Shown here in pieces: positions 8,965 to 18,384 of a DNA stretch of 64,000 nucleotides. Source of the DNA: a virus. The number at the start of each line of letters is the position of its first letter. Within the stretch, counting starts at the first letter, position 1. The position numbers were made by a program, and so were the translations under genes. The stretch is taken from positions 96,001 through 160,000 of the IMG/VR virus record IMGVR_UViG_3300036766_002288; one strand, given 5' to 3'. The notes below the pieces were generated by a model. That model did not search any database, was not told where the DNA came from, and was given only the letters and a program-made list of their open reading frames with translations.

Positions 8965-9684
8965 TCAACTGGAAATTGTAATTTTCATCGCATCTTTATT
9001 GTAGTTAGCTCGTTTTTTCATACTGGCCAAGCCTGGAGTCTCAGTAGTAATGTAAGGAATGGCATATTCAAGATAAAGCTTATCCTCAATAGTGTTCTTA
9101 GCTGATTCAGGATCAGGAATTAGTCCTTCATAGGTTTTATCTCCCCAACACTCGGATTTCCCAAATATTGGAAAATACTTTCTGGCCAATTCCCTTAAAT
9201 CCTCAGCCACTTGCTTGTGTTCAGTATAATAACAGTACCAACTCTTTATCCTTGGGTCTTCGTGTAAAGTGTGTAATAGAGAAATATTCTCATGCTTAAT
9301 ACCTTCCCAGATGATTTTACAATCCCCTTTTAATTCATCATCCATAAAATGGCGATTCATATCAAAACCATCGGCACAAAATCTCTGATTTCTCTTAAAT
9401 CCATAAGGATTGGCCAAAGGGATTATAACTACTTTCTTGCTTTTTGGGATGTGAACTTTGTTTTTAATGAATTCTAGAACGCCATAAGGACCACCCTTTT
9501 CATTGCCATGTAGCCCTGCGATAAAACATATAGTCTTTTTGGCGTATGGATTCAGAACTAGCTTGAACACACTTTCTCCGTCACTTTCACCTATCTCGGT
9601 AAGCTGGCCATAGCCCTTGCACGCTTCAACAAGGTCTTTGTTAAATTTGAATGTTTCTTTTTTATTAACAAACTCATTGAACAT
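8965..9684 (-). CDS. M14-family zinc carboxypeptidase (succinylglutamate desuccinylase/MpaA-like)
   Basis: AGLHGNE, NPYG, R...G.DMNR.F, LHED, ETP. Confidence 0.8.
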   Translation of the reverse strand: MFNEFVNKKETFKFNKDLVEACKGYGQLTEIGESDGESVFKLVLNPYAKKTICFIAGLHGNEKGGPYGVLEFIKNKVHIPKSKKVVIIPLANPYGFKRNQRFCADGFDMNRHFMDDELKGDCKIIWEGIKHENISLLHTLHEDPRIKSWYCYYTEHKQVAEDLRELARKYFPIFGKSECWGDKTYEGLIPDPESAKNTIEDKLYLEYAIPYITTETPGLASMKKRANYNKDAMKITISS

Positions 9685-9688
9685 ATAA

Positions 9689-9711
9689 TGTATTTAGCCG
9701 CCCTAAATACA
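9689..9711. promoter_or_regulatory. Inverted pair of CTAAATAC motifs (putative divergent late promoters)
   Basis: TGTATTTAG-CCGCC-CTAAATACA between divergent genes; the minus-strand copy lies just upstream of ATG 9684. Confidence 0.5.
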
Positions 9712-9714
9712 ATA

Positions 9715-9743
9715 TGGACAAAAGTTCGGGAGTTTGGTAGAAT
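9715..9743 (+). promoter_or_regulatory. Sigma70-type promoter upstream of uvsW
   Basis: TGGACA-17 nt-TAGAAT. Confidence 0.5.
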
Positions 9744-9749
9744 TCTGAT

Positions 9750-11183
9750 ATGAACACGATACTAAAAATTAATAACGATTTTAGCTACTTGATAACTTCA
9801 GATACGGTTTTTCGAAACAAATTGTGGGAAAAAATGAGGTTCCGTCAAAGGAACTACTTCCACACGCGGGCCTATCAGCAAGGTATTTGGGATGGTTACA
9901 TCAATTTTCTAGACAAAAAAACAGGTAGATTCCTTACTGGTCTAGTGCCAGAAGTGGAACTTGCCCTTAATAAATACTTCAACATACCATATGATATCAT
10001 TGACGAAAGAAAGCATGTCAAGTTCGCCTACGATTCCATTGATAAGGATTTTCTAAAGCAATGGACTCCTAAAGGAAAACCTCCAGTAGAACTATATGAC
10101 TATCAGGTGGACCTAACTAATCAGGCTATAAAACATGGTAGGGGTATAGTAAAATCACCCACTGCTTCTGGGAAGACGAATATTTTAATAGCTATATTGA
10201 AAGCTCTGCCACCGAACACTCCCACTTTGTTTCTAGTAAATAGAAAGACTTTGGTTTCTCAGAATTATAAAGAAATGATAAAGTGGGGGTTGAAGAATGT
10301 AGGTCGTTTCAACAGTGATTATCATGAACCAAATCTTATAACTTGTGCCAACGTTCAATCTCTACATCACTTAGACCGTCTATTGCCAAAATTCAAGATT
10401 TTAGTAACAGACGAAGTTCATACGATGACCAATAATAGTGGCATCAGGGCTTTCAAAAAGCTTACTGGCACAACAATCAGGATTGCTGTAAGTGCTACAC
10501 CATTTAAATTCGGGGGAAAGGATTTAGTACAGAAATATACTGCGAAGGGTTATTTTGGACCAGTGTTTGAAGTGGCTAGTGGCGAGGATGGAAAATTAAC
10601 TACCTCCTTCTTACAAAAAAGAGGAACTTTATCTAAGTCTTTATGTAGGTTCTACCCTATTGATGAACCACAAATACCTTATGATATATGGATCGACGCC
10701 GTTACTAACGGAATCGCCAATAACTTCCATTTTCACAAGATAGTGGCAAAACTATCTGCTAAACTAGCAGGCAGAACACTTATTCTTGTGGACAGAATCG
10801 CACATGGAGATGCACTGAACAACTTAATCCCTGACTCTTTGTGGGTACGCGGCCAAGATGATGAAAAGACCAGGGATTATGTAATTGAAAGACTAACAAG
10901 TGAAAAAAACAAGGTCGTAGCTATTGCCACAAGACAGATTTTCGACACAGGTATAAACTTCTTCTTACACAATGTCATAAATGCTACAGACGTGTCATCA
11001 GAGCATGGTATTGTTCAGTTGATGGGTCGTGGATTAAGAACCGCTGCCGATAAAGAAATTCTAAATTATTATGACTTTGTTTATAGGATTAATCCCTATT
11101 TAGAAAAACATTCTCTCAATAGAATCAAAACTTTAAGAAAAGAAAAACATGAAGTTGTTATTATGGATAAGATAGACTTTTAA
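9750..11183 (+). CDS. uvsW: UvsW-like superfamily 2 DNA helicase
   Basis: YDYQ, SPTASGKT, DEVH, SATP, TGIN, QLMGRGLR. Confidence 0.85.
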   Translation: MNTILKINNDFSYLITSDTVFRNKLWEKMRFRQRNYFHTRAYQQGIWDGYINFLDKKTGRFLTGLVPEVELALNKYFNIPYDIIDERKHVKFAYDSIDKDFLKQWTPKGKPPVELYDYQVDLTNQAIKHGRGIVKSPTASGKTNILIAILKALPPNTPTLFLVNRKTLVSQNYKEMIKWGLKNVGRFNSDYHEPNLITCANVQSLHHLDRLLPKFKILVTDEVHTMTNNSGIRAFKKLTGTTIRIAVSATPFKFGGKDLVQKYTAKGYFGPVFEVASGEDGKLTTSFLQKRGTLSKSLCRFYPIDEPQIPYDIWIDAVTNGIANNFHFHKIVAKLSAKLAGRTLILVDRIAHGDALNNLIPDSLWVRGQDDEKTRDYVIERLTSEKNKVVAIATRQIFDTGINFFLHNVINATDVSSEHGIVQLMGRGLRTAADKEILNYYDFVYRINPYLEKHSLNRIKTLRKEKHEVVIMDKIDF

Positions 11184-11679
11184 GAACATTGTTCAAATTA
11201 TACAGATTGTATTTTAGAAGGGTTTCAACCTGTTCTTTATTTGTGGAGATGAATTCTATATTCTCTGATATTTTAGTAATTTCTTGGCCTGCATTGGTGC
11301 CGTAATTACCAATTATTTCCTCTCCAGCCATTATATCTCTTGTAAACTTGTATATGATTTGTCCCGCATGTTGACTTCGCTTATTTAAGCCTTTTTCATA
11401 TACAAGTTTACAATTACTTAATTCGTCACTATGGTTGACCATACCGCCATAGCCCATTGGCACAATCTTGGCATCAAGTTTATCACTTCCTGCAAACTTA
11501 TACCGTTTTGCGTATTGAGTGCATTGGTCAGCTAGACCATTAGTTTTTACATAAACACCAATGACCTCAAGCCAATCATTCTTTTTGAGTGGTATTTTAG
11601 CAAAACAACCATTACCAGCATTTGGTATGGTTGATGGGGCGATATAGAATCGTTCATCAGTTTCTTCTACAAATATCAT
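11161..11679 (-). CDS. SET-domain protein (lysine methyltransferase-like)
   Basis: STIPNAGNGCFA, GGMVNHS..N, RDIMAGEEIIGNYG. Confidence 0.85.
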   Translation of the reverse strand: MIFVEETDERFYIAPSTIPNAGNGCFAKIPLKKNDWLEVIGVYVKTNGLADQCTQYAKRYKFAGSDKLDAKIVPMGYGGMVNHSDELSNCKLVYEKGLNKRSQHAGQIIYKFTRDIMAGEEIIGNYGTNAGQEITKISENIEFISTNKEQVETLLKYNLYNLNNVLKSLSYP

Positions 11680-12206
11680 TTGTTATGGTCAAGGAAATCA
11701 TTAATCCACTCTACAGCTTCTTCACCTTCTTGATGATCTTTTACATTCTGCACAGTCCGAACCTTAATGAGTTGAACCACTTCCTCTAACTTATCTCGTT
11801 TCGTCCGCTCAGAAGAAATCCACTTACCTAGTTCAGGCTGTGTCCATTCTTCTTCAATACCAACAATGTTAAAGATGCCAGTGACATATTCTGGATTCGA
11901 CTGACCTTTAGCAAAATTTTCATTAACCTTAACTTCAGGCTTGTCAAGCTTGTCTAAAGGCTTATACAATTTGCCTTGTTTCCTACATTCATAATATCTT
12001 GAGCAATTTACCATCATCAACTCTTTACTTGGCAATTCGGGGTCGGCACCAATCTTCTCAGGAAGCATACCATACAAATACATCTGGTCATCTAACCAGC
12101 AGTTTTCATCACCTTTTTGGTCTCTATGTGTCCTAATTCCAGACCGAAGTTTCATTGTTTCTTGTTGCAACTCTTCCACAGTCATATTTTTTATGTCTTC
12201 GTCCAT
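11676..12206 (-). CDS. Hypothetical protein
   Basis: 176-aa ORF with ATGA coupling to the SET gene. Confidence 0.55.
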   Translation of the reverse strand: MDEDIKNMTVEELQQETMKLRSGIRTHRDQKGDENCWLDDQMYLYGMLPEKIGADPELPSKELMMVNCSRYYECRKQGKLYKPLDKLDKPEVKVNENFAKGQSNPEYVTGIFNIVGIEEEWTQPELGKWISSERTKRDKLEEVVQLIKVRTVQNVKDHQEGEEAVEWINDFLDHNK

Positions 12207-12461
12207 TAGATGTAACCCCTTTCTATAGCTTCATTTATGTCTTGAAGGCTAACTTTTCTACCTAAAAACTCGGGAAAAACAATTGGTAAAATGGGATAAT
12301 ATATTACCAATGTAAGTTTCTTTCATCATTGGATCATTATTAATTTGTAATTGGACTTTTTTAACTTGGTCGGGTTCAATGTACCAGTCAAAGGCTTCAT
12401 TGTCTACGACAATATAGTTTATGCCTTCCAAATTAAAAATTTTGATTTCTTGTTTTGACAT
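12206..12461 (-). pseudogene. Hypothetical gene with apparent frameshift (extra C)
   Basis: Removing one C from TTT TCC CGA G extends the ORF (SEFLGRKVSLQDINEAIERGYI) to a TAA overlapping the next ATG. Confidence 0.5.
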
Positions 12462-12646
12462 GCGTATCTCACGAGAGCATAATGAGACATTTTTTTACCA
12501 ATATTCGCATCATTTTCTTTAGCTAGATCGACCATATTTTTAGCATAATCTAGTTTTTCAGCATCTGTGAGATGTAGATTTAGATTTTTCAATACGGTCA
12601 TTGCCATGATAGCGTAATTTTTTCGATTTAGCCAATGATTTTTCAT
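12419..12646 (-). CDS. Hypothetical protein
   Basis: 75-aa ORF. Confidence 0.4.
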   Translation of the reverse strand: MKNHWLNRKNYAIMAMTVLKNLNLHLTDAEKLDYAKNMVDLAKENDANIGKKMSHYALVRYACQNKKSKFLIWKA

Positions 12647-12654
12647 AATATAAA

Positions 12655-12691
12655 ATAGTAAAGGCTAGTGAATAACACTAGCCTTTACTAT
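12655..12691 (-). terminator. Rho-independent terminator
   Basis: 16-bp perfect stem ATAGTAAAGGCTAGTG/CACTAGCCTTTACTAT, 5-nt loop, T-run on the minus strand. Confidence 0.8.
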
Positions 12692-12707
12692 GGGATTTAT
12701 GTCTTAA

Positions 12708-13727
12708 TTAGGAGTTAAGATCAACGCCAAACTCAGTGGTGTTAATGTCAGCAGGTAGCCACGTTGCTACAGTTGCTGGGTTTTGTTCCCAAATAATACT
12801 GAATTCCTTGAATGCAGTATCATTAATTGTAGTGGCTGAGGATAAGTAATCCACGCCGCCAATACGAAGTTGAGATTTAATAGTATGTGTAGTTGAATCG
12901 GTGTTTCTTGACCAGTAATTGCAAGAAACGCCTGCAATACTACCAGTAATAAAGTTAAGTGCTGAACATTCAAATGTGTCTTGTTGTCCAGCAGTATTAG
13001 ACTGAGTATATAGACCATCGTTCAATACTTGAACTGCTTCAAAGTTTGGAACATTTGGAACATTAACACCCCACTGAGCATAAGTTCCAGCCTTAATAAC
13101 ATTGACTGCTTCTACCTTCATATCACCGAGGAAAGTAGTATTCAAAGCTGTAGAACCATCATTAATGTACAAATCGTCAATCTGATATGAACCACCCAAG
13201 CCTATGGCGGTTGGGCCACGGAAGCCTATATTGTTTGCAAAATTATTTGCAGAAGTCTGAGTATTGCCTGTGAATGTTGAATCGGCAGTAGTATTAACAT
13301 GAATATCTACTGTACCCACTGCTGGGTCGATAAAACCCTTGATTTCAATATAATACCATGCACCAGTAGTAATTGCGAAAGTTCCAGTGCATAGAACTGT
13401 TGCACCCCTTATTGCACTGAATATTCTTGTGCTTGGATTAAATGTCAATGTAACTTGTGCAGTAGTAGCATCTCGTATATCTACTAAAGGCATCTGAACG
13501 TTAGATGCGGCTATGTTTACATTTTTAAATGCAAATCCAACTGTCCATGTAGCATGATTGGAAAAAGTTGGCGTTACGAACTGTGTTCCATTGACTTGCA
13601 GCGCATTACCAATAGCGCGTCCTGGTTGGAAGGATGCACTTGGGACGTTGAAAATCGGATACCTGAACTGTAAAAAGCTTACTAAGTTAGAATATGATTC
13701 AAATCCTTCTACCCATTTTAATGCCAT
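12708..13727 (-). CDS. Putative virion structural protein (beta-sandwich/lectin-like)
   Basis: MALKWVEGFESY start, Thr/Asn/Ala-rich beta-strand composition, WYYIEIK and QIDDLYI segments typical of tail-associated proteins. Confidence 0.55.
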   Translation of the reverse strand: MALKWVEGFESYSNLVSFLQFRYPIFNVPSASFQPGRAIGNALQVNGTQFVTPTFSNHATWTVGFAFKNVNIAASNVQMPLVDIRDATTAQVTLTFNPSTRIFSAIRGATVLCTGTFAITTGAWYYIEIKGFIDPAVGTVDIHVNTTADSTFTGNTQTSANNFANNIGFRGPTAIGLGGSYQIDDLYINDGSTALNTTFLGDMKVEAVNVIKAGTYAQWGVNVPNVPNFEAVQVLNDGLYTQSNTAGQQDTFECSALNFITGSIAGVSCNYWSRNTDSTTHTIKSQLRIGGVDYLSSATTINDTAFKEFSIIWEQNPATVATWLPADINTTEFGVDLNS

Positions 13728-13794
13728 TTTTTATTCTCCTAAATCTTGGAATCTTCATTATATATATGGTAGTCTAGAATATTTTAGGAGAAAA

Positions 13795-14025
13795 ATGGCT
13801 CAAGCTTTTATAGATCATTTCGAGGTAGAAACCCTTGGTGTTACGGCAAACTTAAAAGCGGCTAATATGGCCCATATTGTCATGGAAGTTTTAGGCTATT
13901 TTAAGTTCGGTACTATAGATATCCAACTTATAGTCACAGAAGTTCTAGGCAAAACACCTAATCAAAGCCTGACTTTTATAGACCATTTTACGGCAGAAAC
14001 GATTGGGCAGTGGGCAGGCTTTTAG
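13795..14025 (+). CDS. Small protein with four xxxExLG repeats
   Basis: AGGAG RBS before ATG 13795; repeats FIDHFEVETLG, MAHIVMEVLG, IQLIVTEVLG, FIDHFTAETIG. Confidence 0.6.
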   Translation: MAQAFIDHFEVETLGVTANLKAANMAHIVMEVLGYFKFGTIDIQLIVTEVLGKTPNQSLTFIDHFTAETIGQWAGF

Positions 14026-14048
14026 AAAGCATTTTCATTACCAATTAT

Positions 14049-14088
14049 TTCATAAAACTTACTATATAATTATAGGAGGCTTTATGAA
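14049..14088 (+). promoter_or_regulatory. Hairpin covering the RBS and ATG, with ACTATATA at the apex
   Basis: TTCATAAA...CTATA-TAAT-TATAG...TTTATGAA pairs across GGAGG and ATG 14084. Confidence 0.6.
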
Positions 14089-15154
14089 GTTTAAAGAATT
14101 AAATATAGAAGAGTTCAAGACATATTACGTTGCCAATCAAAGCAAAGAGGTTGCTATCAAGTATGGGATTGCTCCTTCTACAGTAGCGGGGTGGGCAAGA
14201 AAATTAGACTTGCCAAGAAAATCCTTTACTTATCTAAATGAAAATATTAAATTTACCGACCGCCAATTAGATGTATTGACTGGTTCGTTATTAGGCGATG
14301 GTTCGCTTAATAAAATTAAACCTAACACTAATTGTCAATCACATTATGAAGAGGGACACAGCGAAGATCAATTAGGTTGGCTGACTTGGAAACATGATAT
14401 GTTATCACCTTTATCTAATGACATATTTTATAAAAAACGTAAAGGTTTAATAAATTTACCGAATGGCAAAATATTATCTGATCCTAAGAGAAGCCATAAT
14501 AGCTATGGCTTCAACACAATTAAACACCCGACTCTAACAGAGATGGAAAGGCGGTGGTATAAGAGAAATGAAAATGGTAAGTATGTTTACAAAATATCCA
14601 AAAGTAAAAAATATAGAATAAAAATAGTGCCAGAAATTGAGCTAACACCATTTATTTTGTCTGTATGGTATATTGATGATGGCTCAAAAGATGTTAGGAC
14701 TAAAAGATGTAAACTATCAACGCAGGGATTTACTAAAACAGCAGTGGAATCACTAGTGACTAAAATAAAAAAATTAGGAATTCATGATTGCTATATTGGA
14801 AAACATACTGGATATGTGATATACATTGGAACTTACTCATATTTTGATTTCATAAACATGGTCAAGAACCAATTGCCAGACTTACCACAAGATGTTCAAT
14901 ACAAAATTGATTTATCTGGATACAATCCAGCTACCAAGTGGAGCGATAACAAAACAGGCATACCTTTTTTCAGACTTGAAAAAGGAAAATATTGTGGAAC
15001 GGTTATGATAAATTATAAATCAATTTATCTAGGGTCTTATGATTTTAAAACAGCACAAAAGGTTTCAAAAGAAGTAGAATACTTAGTTAGGCATAAATGT
15101 AAAGAACCAGATAAGTATATCGAAATTAAAAACAAATATACCAACTCACGTTGA
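14084..15154 (+). mobile_element. LAGLIDADG homing endonuclease (two motifs, N-terminal HTH, C-terminal AP2-like domain)
   Basis: LTGSLLGDGSL and LSVWYIDDGS motifs; GGAGG RBS before ATG 14084. Confidence 0.85.
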
Positions 15155-16039
15155 TAGGAAATCCATCAATACTCGTTCCACGTCTTTTTCCCAATATGGA
15201 ATGATTAACAATTTTTTGTTATTAGTTTTACACCAATCAACTTTGATTTTATCTTTACTTTGTTGTTTAACGAAATTACTTCCACCATCATGCTTACCCC
15301 ATTTTACTGGCTTATAATGTTGTTGACCTTGAAATTCAATTAGAAATTCTTCATCATTAACAATAACGCTAAAATCAAATGGTAATGGAAGTATATTGCG
15401 GCATTCTGAGAATCTCCGCTCTTTTGTAAAAATAATACCTTTTCTTTTTAAGATTGATTCTATTAGAGATTCACCATAAGAAGCTCCAACACAACCGCAG
15501 GATTTGGTCCACCCAAATTTCAATTTAGCGGCAACAACTTCAGTTGAGTTTCCGCAATCACACTGACACAGCCAAATCCATTGCGATTTATTTTTTCGTA
15601 ATGGTTTTATCGCAATCAAAAGACCAAATCTTTGTCCTGAAATTTTTAGTCTTAACCGTGTGGACATTCTATCCTTGTGGTAGCAACTACACGATTGCGT
15701 CTTGCCAGATTTTAGCTGTGGTCCTTTGACGAATACGATATTGCCACAATCGCATTGACACTCCCATAGTTGTTGATTCCAACGATCAACTCCAGCTGAT
15801 GAAATCACCATCAGCCTGCCGTATCTATTACCGACCAAATAATCCCTTTCACGTTTACTTACACATTCGCTCTTATAGCAACCACACGAAGTAGTGTCAC
15901 CCCTACGAAGCATACTTCCAAGTGCTTTATGAATGTTTCCACAATCACATTGACACTCCCATAACCTATTACCGATATACTTAATTACAACCAATCTCCC
16001 AAATCTCTTACCAGTCATTTCTGTTCGTTTTCTACCCAT
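15146..16039 (-). mobile_element. Homing endonuclease with three CxCDCG/SCGC Zn repeats and a C-terminal PD-(D/E)xK (DUF559/Vsr-like) domain
   Basis: Three G.R[FY]G.L...W.C.CDCG...SC[GS]C units; LPFDF...LIEFQGQQHY. Confidence 0.8.
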
Positions 16040-16042
16040 TTT

Positions 16043-16792
16043 TTACTCAGTGACAAAAGCCTCATCTTTTAAAACAAATATATATTCCGTATAACCCAAC
16101 AGATATTGAAGTCCAATACATGTTAGGCATAGTAAAGATTGTTTGTAAACGTTTTCAATATATTTTTTATGGCAACCATAATCTCTAAATCCTTCTATAG
16201 GACGTTCATGTCCTTCTGGGACAATTCCACCTATACCATAATCTACCAAATTAGTATATTTCTTTTTTTGTTTACTAAATTCAATCTCGTTTGTACAAAT
16301 TCTTATCAAATCCGTATGTTCAAAATCAAGTAAACCACCAATAATAATACAAGCAGATGTTGGACATCGTTCTGAAATTGTTATACCTTCATCTGGCATA
16401 ACAATTTTCCCATAAATGAAATCAGAACTTTTGATACAAAAAGCAAGGGGTCTGCGATTGTTACAAATAGTTGAATCATGTGATGGTGCAAATACAATTT
16501 TATTTTTTTCAATCAACTCAGCAATAGGTCCAGTAAATTCAATTTGAAAAATTGCATTACTGTCATTAACTCCGTTAATTGCTCGTATTGCTTCATTCAG
16601 ATCACATTGCTTAAGATTATATTCAATAAACCTATTTTGTTTGACAAATTCATCAAGCAACTTGTCACTATATCTTCTGTGATTACCCAAATGACTATCT
16701 GGCTTAAGTTTCCCACACCTATCCCAATTCCGTAAAGTGCTTTCACTGACCTTAAGCATTTCCGCGACCTCTGAAATTGTAAAATTTAACAT
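16043..16792 (-). CDS. MerR-type HTH DNA-binding protein with unknown C-terminal domain
   Basis: FTISEVAEMLKVSESTLRNWDRCGKL..HRRY; AAGGAG RBS before ATG 16792. Confidence 0.65.
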   Translation of the reverse strand: MLNFTISEVAEMLKVSESTLRNWDRCGKLKPDSHLGNHRRYSDKLLDEFVKQNRFIEYNLKQCDLNEAIRAINGVNDSNAIFQIEFTGPIAELIEKNKIVFAPSHDSTICNNRRPLAFCIKSSDFIYGKIVMPDEGITISERCPTSACIIIGGLLDFEHTDLIRICTNEIEFSKQKKKYTNLVDYGIGGIVPEGHERPIEGFRDYGCHKKYIENVYKQSLLCLTCIGLQYLLGYTEYIFVLKDEAFVTE

Positions 16793-16875
16793 AAATCTCC
16801 TTTTGGTTACACTTATATAGTGTGTTGCCAGCAGAATTGCGGGATAAATTTTGTTAATTCTACAAAATATATTCA

Positions 16876-17169
16876 TTATTCTGGTGGGTATTTCCCAATA
16901 GGTCCACTTTTTAATTCTGTTGCGTCCATAGAACGATATTTGCCACCTGCCAGTCCAGAAACAAATATAGCAGTTTCTTTCCTATCAAGAAATCGCCCCT
17001 TGTTAGTTAGAAAACCACTGATCCACTCTTTACCATATTCACTATCTGGAATTACACTAGAAAGATGAACAGGCCCAGATGGATAAATCTTCCCGTCAAT
17101 ACTAAAGGCCGCTTGAACAATTTTCTCAATATCGGCACTTTCTATCCATTGTTTAAATCTGATTATCAT
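16876..17169 (-). CDS. Hypothetical protein with CTS-like N-terminus
   Basis: MIIRFKQWIE start; GFLTNKGRFLDRKE motif. Confidence 0.55.
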   Translation of the reverse strand: MIIRFKQWIESADIEKIVQAAFSIDGKIYPSGPVHLSSVIPDSEYGKEWISGFLTNKGRFLDRKETAIFVSGLAGGKYRSMDATELKSGPIGKYPPE

Positions 17170-17171
17170 AT

Positions 17172-17561
17172 TTACACCACACTACCAGGCCCCTGTATAC
17201 CTTGTGCTTGTTGTCTTTGCATATTGTTCATAGGATGTGGAACCTGGCCTTGACCAGGCGGTAATTGAGCAGGAGTGCTATCACTCGTATCTTGTTGGTC
17301 AAAATCCCCAAAATTTATCTGATTAATAAGGTTTGTTAAACTGTCTTGCTTGTGCGACATTGCCCAACTTGTCAATTCTTGCTTCTTCTCATCGTCTATT
17401 GGAAGGCTACTAAGAGCATCTGATAACCTTTGTGGCGGGATTTCATCTATTCCTATATTTTTGTCAAGGGCCTCCTTAGTCAAACCTAGTCTTTCTAGCA
17501 ATTTAGATATAAACTCTCTTTTTTGCCTTAATTCTTCCATCCATACCATAAACGTCTTCAT
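17172..17561 (-). CDS. Hypothetical protein with CTS-like N-terminus and Q/P-rich tail
   Basis: MKTFMVWMEE start; AGTATATA directly upstream. Confidence 0.6.
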   Translation of the reverse strand: MKTFMVWMEELRQKREFISKLLERLGLTKEALDKNIGIDEIPPQRLSDALSSLPIDDEKKQELTSWAMSHKQDSLTNLINQINFGDFDQQDTSDSTPAQLPPGQGQVPHPMNNMQRQQAQGIQGPGSVV

Positions 17562-17579
17562 GTTAATATATACTTAGTA

Positions 17580-18371
17580 ATGCAATATAAATTTAAAAAT
17601 TGGCTAGAGTATGCGGACTTCGGCTTAGACGTAACTAAAACCCCAAAAGAGAAATCCCCTGTCGAGCAGTATGATACGCCTATTGATAAATTAAATGTCA
17701 ATTACATCATAAACTCTTTAAAAAACCATAAATTCGGTGAAAAGTCCGCAAAATTAAACGACTTTTTTGGAGAACAGCAATGGGGTGATACTGATGGTGC
17801 TTTGCAGGTAGCATTTAGTCCATTTGGCGGCATGAGAGCCACATTAAGAAAACTTATTCACGACCAAGAAGGGCATCCGACTTGGATTTGCAAGAAAGTA
17901 ATAGAGGTTAGACACCTTTTTGATGAGCATCCAGATAGTCTAAGTTTCCTATTACAAGATAATTTAAACGAAATGGATCATCAAGGAATCGACGCAACTT
18001 CAAACGATTACAAAGGACTTGAGAGATTGGTTTTGAACTTAGCAAGTGTCCTTCGTAGAAAAACCACACAGAAAATATTCATCTACGAAGGGATTCGTAT
18101 ATTGAAAGAAAACGAACAATACTTGATTCATTTTGGCTGCACAGGGTATGGTAGACAACGACCAGGCCAAAAAAGATTGGATCAGTTTGCAATACATTGC
18201 ACTTACCACCCAAAGACTGGAACTATTTTAATTACTGGAACTGAATTAGGTGATAAATTGGATCAGTATCGTTGGATTTATGATCCTTCTACTTTTATGG
18301 AATATTTTGTGCCGACTCAACATGAAGATGAAATTACAAAGGCAGTCCTTGCAATGTTAAATTCTTATTGA
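17580..18371 (+). CDS. Hypothetical protein with CTS-like N-terminus
   Basis: MQYKFKNWLE start; 263 aa. Confidence 0.65.
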   Translation: MQYKFKNWLEYADFGLDVTKTPKEKSPVEQYDTPIDKLNVNYIINSLKNHKFGEKSAKLNDFFGEQQWGDTDGALQVAFSPFGGMRATLRKLIHDQEGHPTWICKKVIEVRHLFDEHPDSLSFLLQDNLNEMDHQGIDATSNDYKGLERLVLNLASVLRRKTTQKIFIYEGIRILKENEQYLIHFGCTGYGRQRPGQKRLDQFAIHCTYHPKTGTILITGTELGDKLDQYRWIYDPSTFMEYFVPTQHEDEITKAVLAMLNSY

Positions 18372-18384
18372 TATACTGAGAGGT

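Noticed and set aside
12258-12260. Third amber read-through site
   Set aside because: Read-through meets another TAG and a TGA within a few codons; a +1 frameshift explains the locus better.
16043-16792. IS607-type transposase/resolvase
   Set aside because: Only the MerR-like HTH matches; no serine recombinase YARVS motif and no tnpB nearby.
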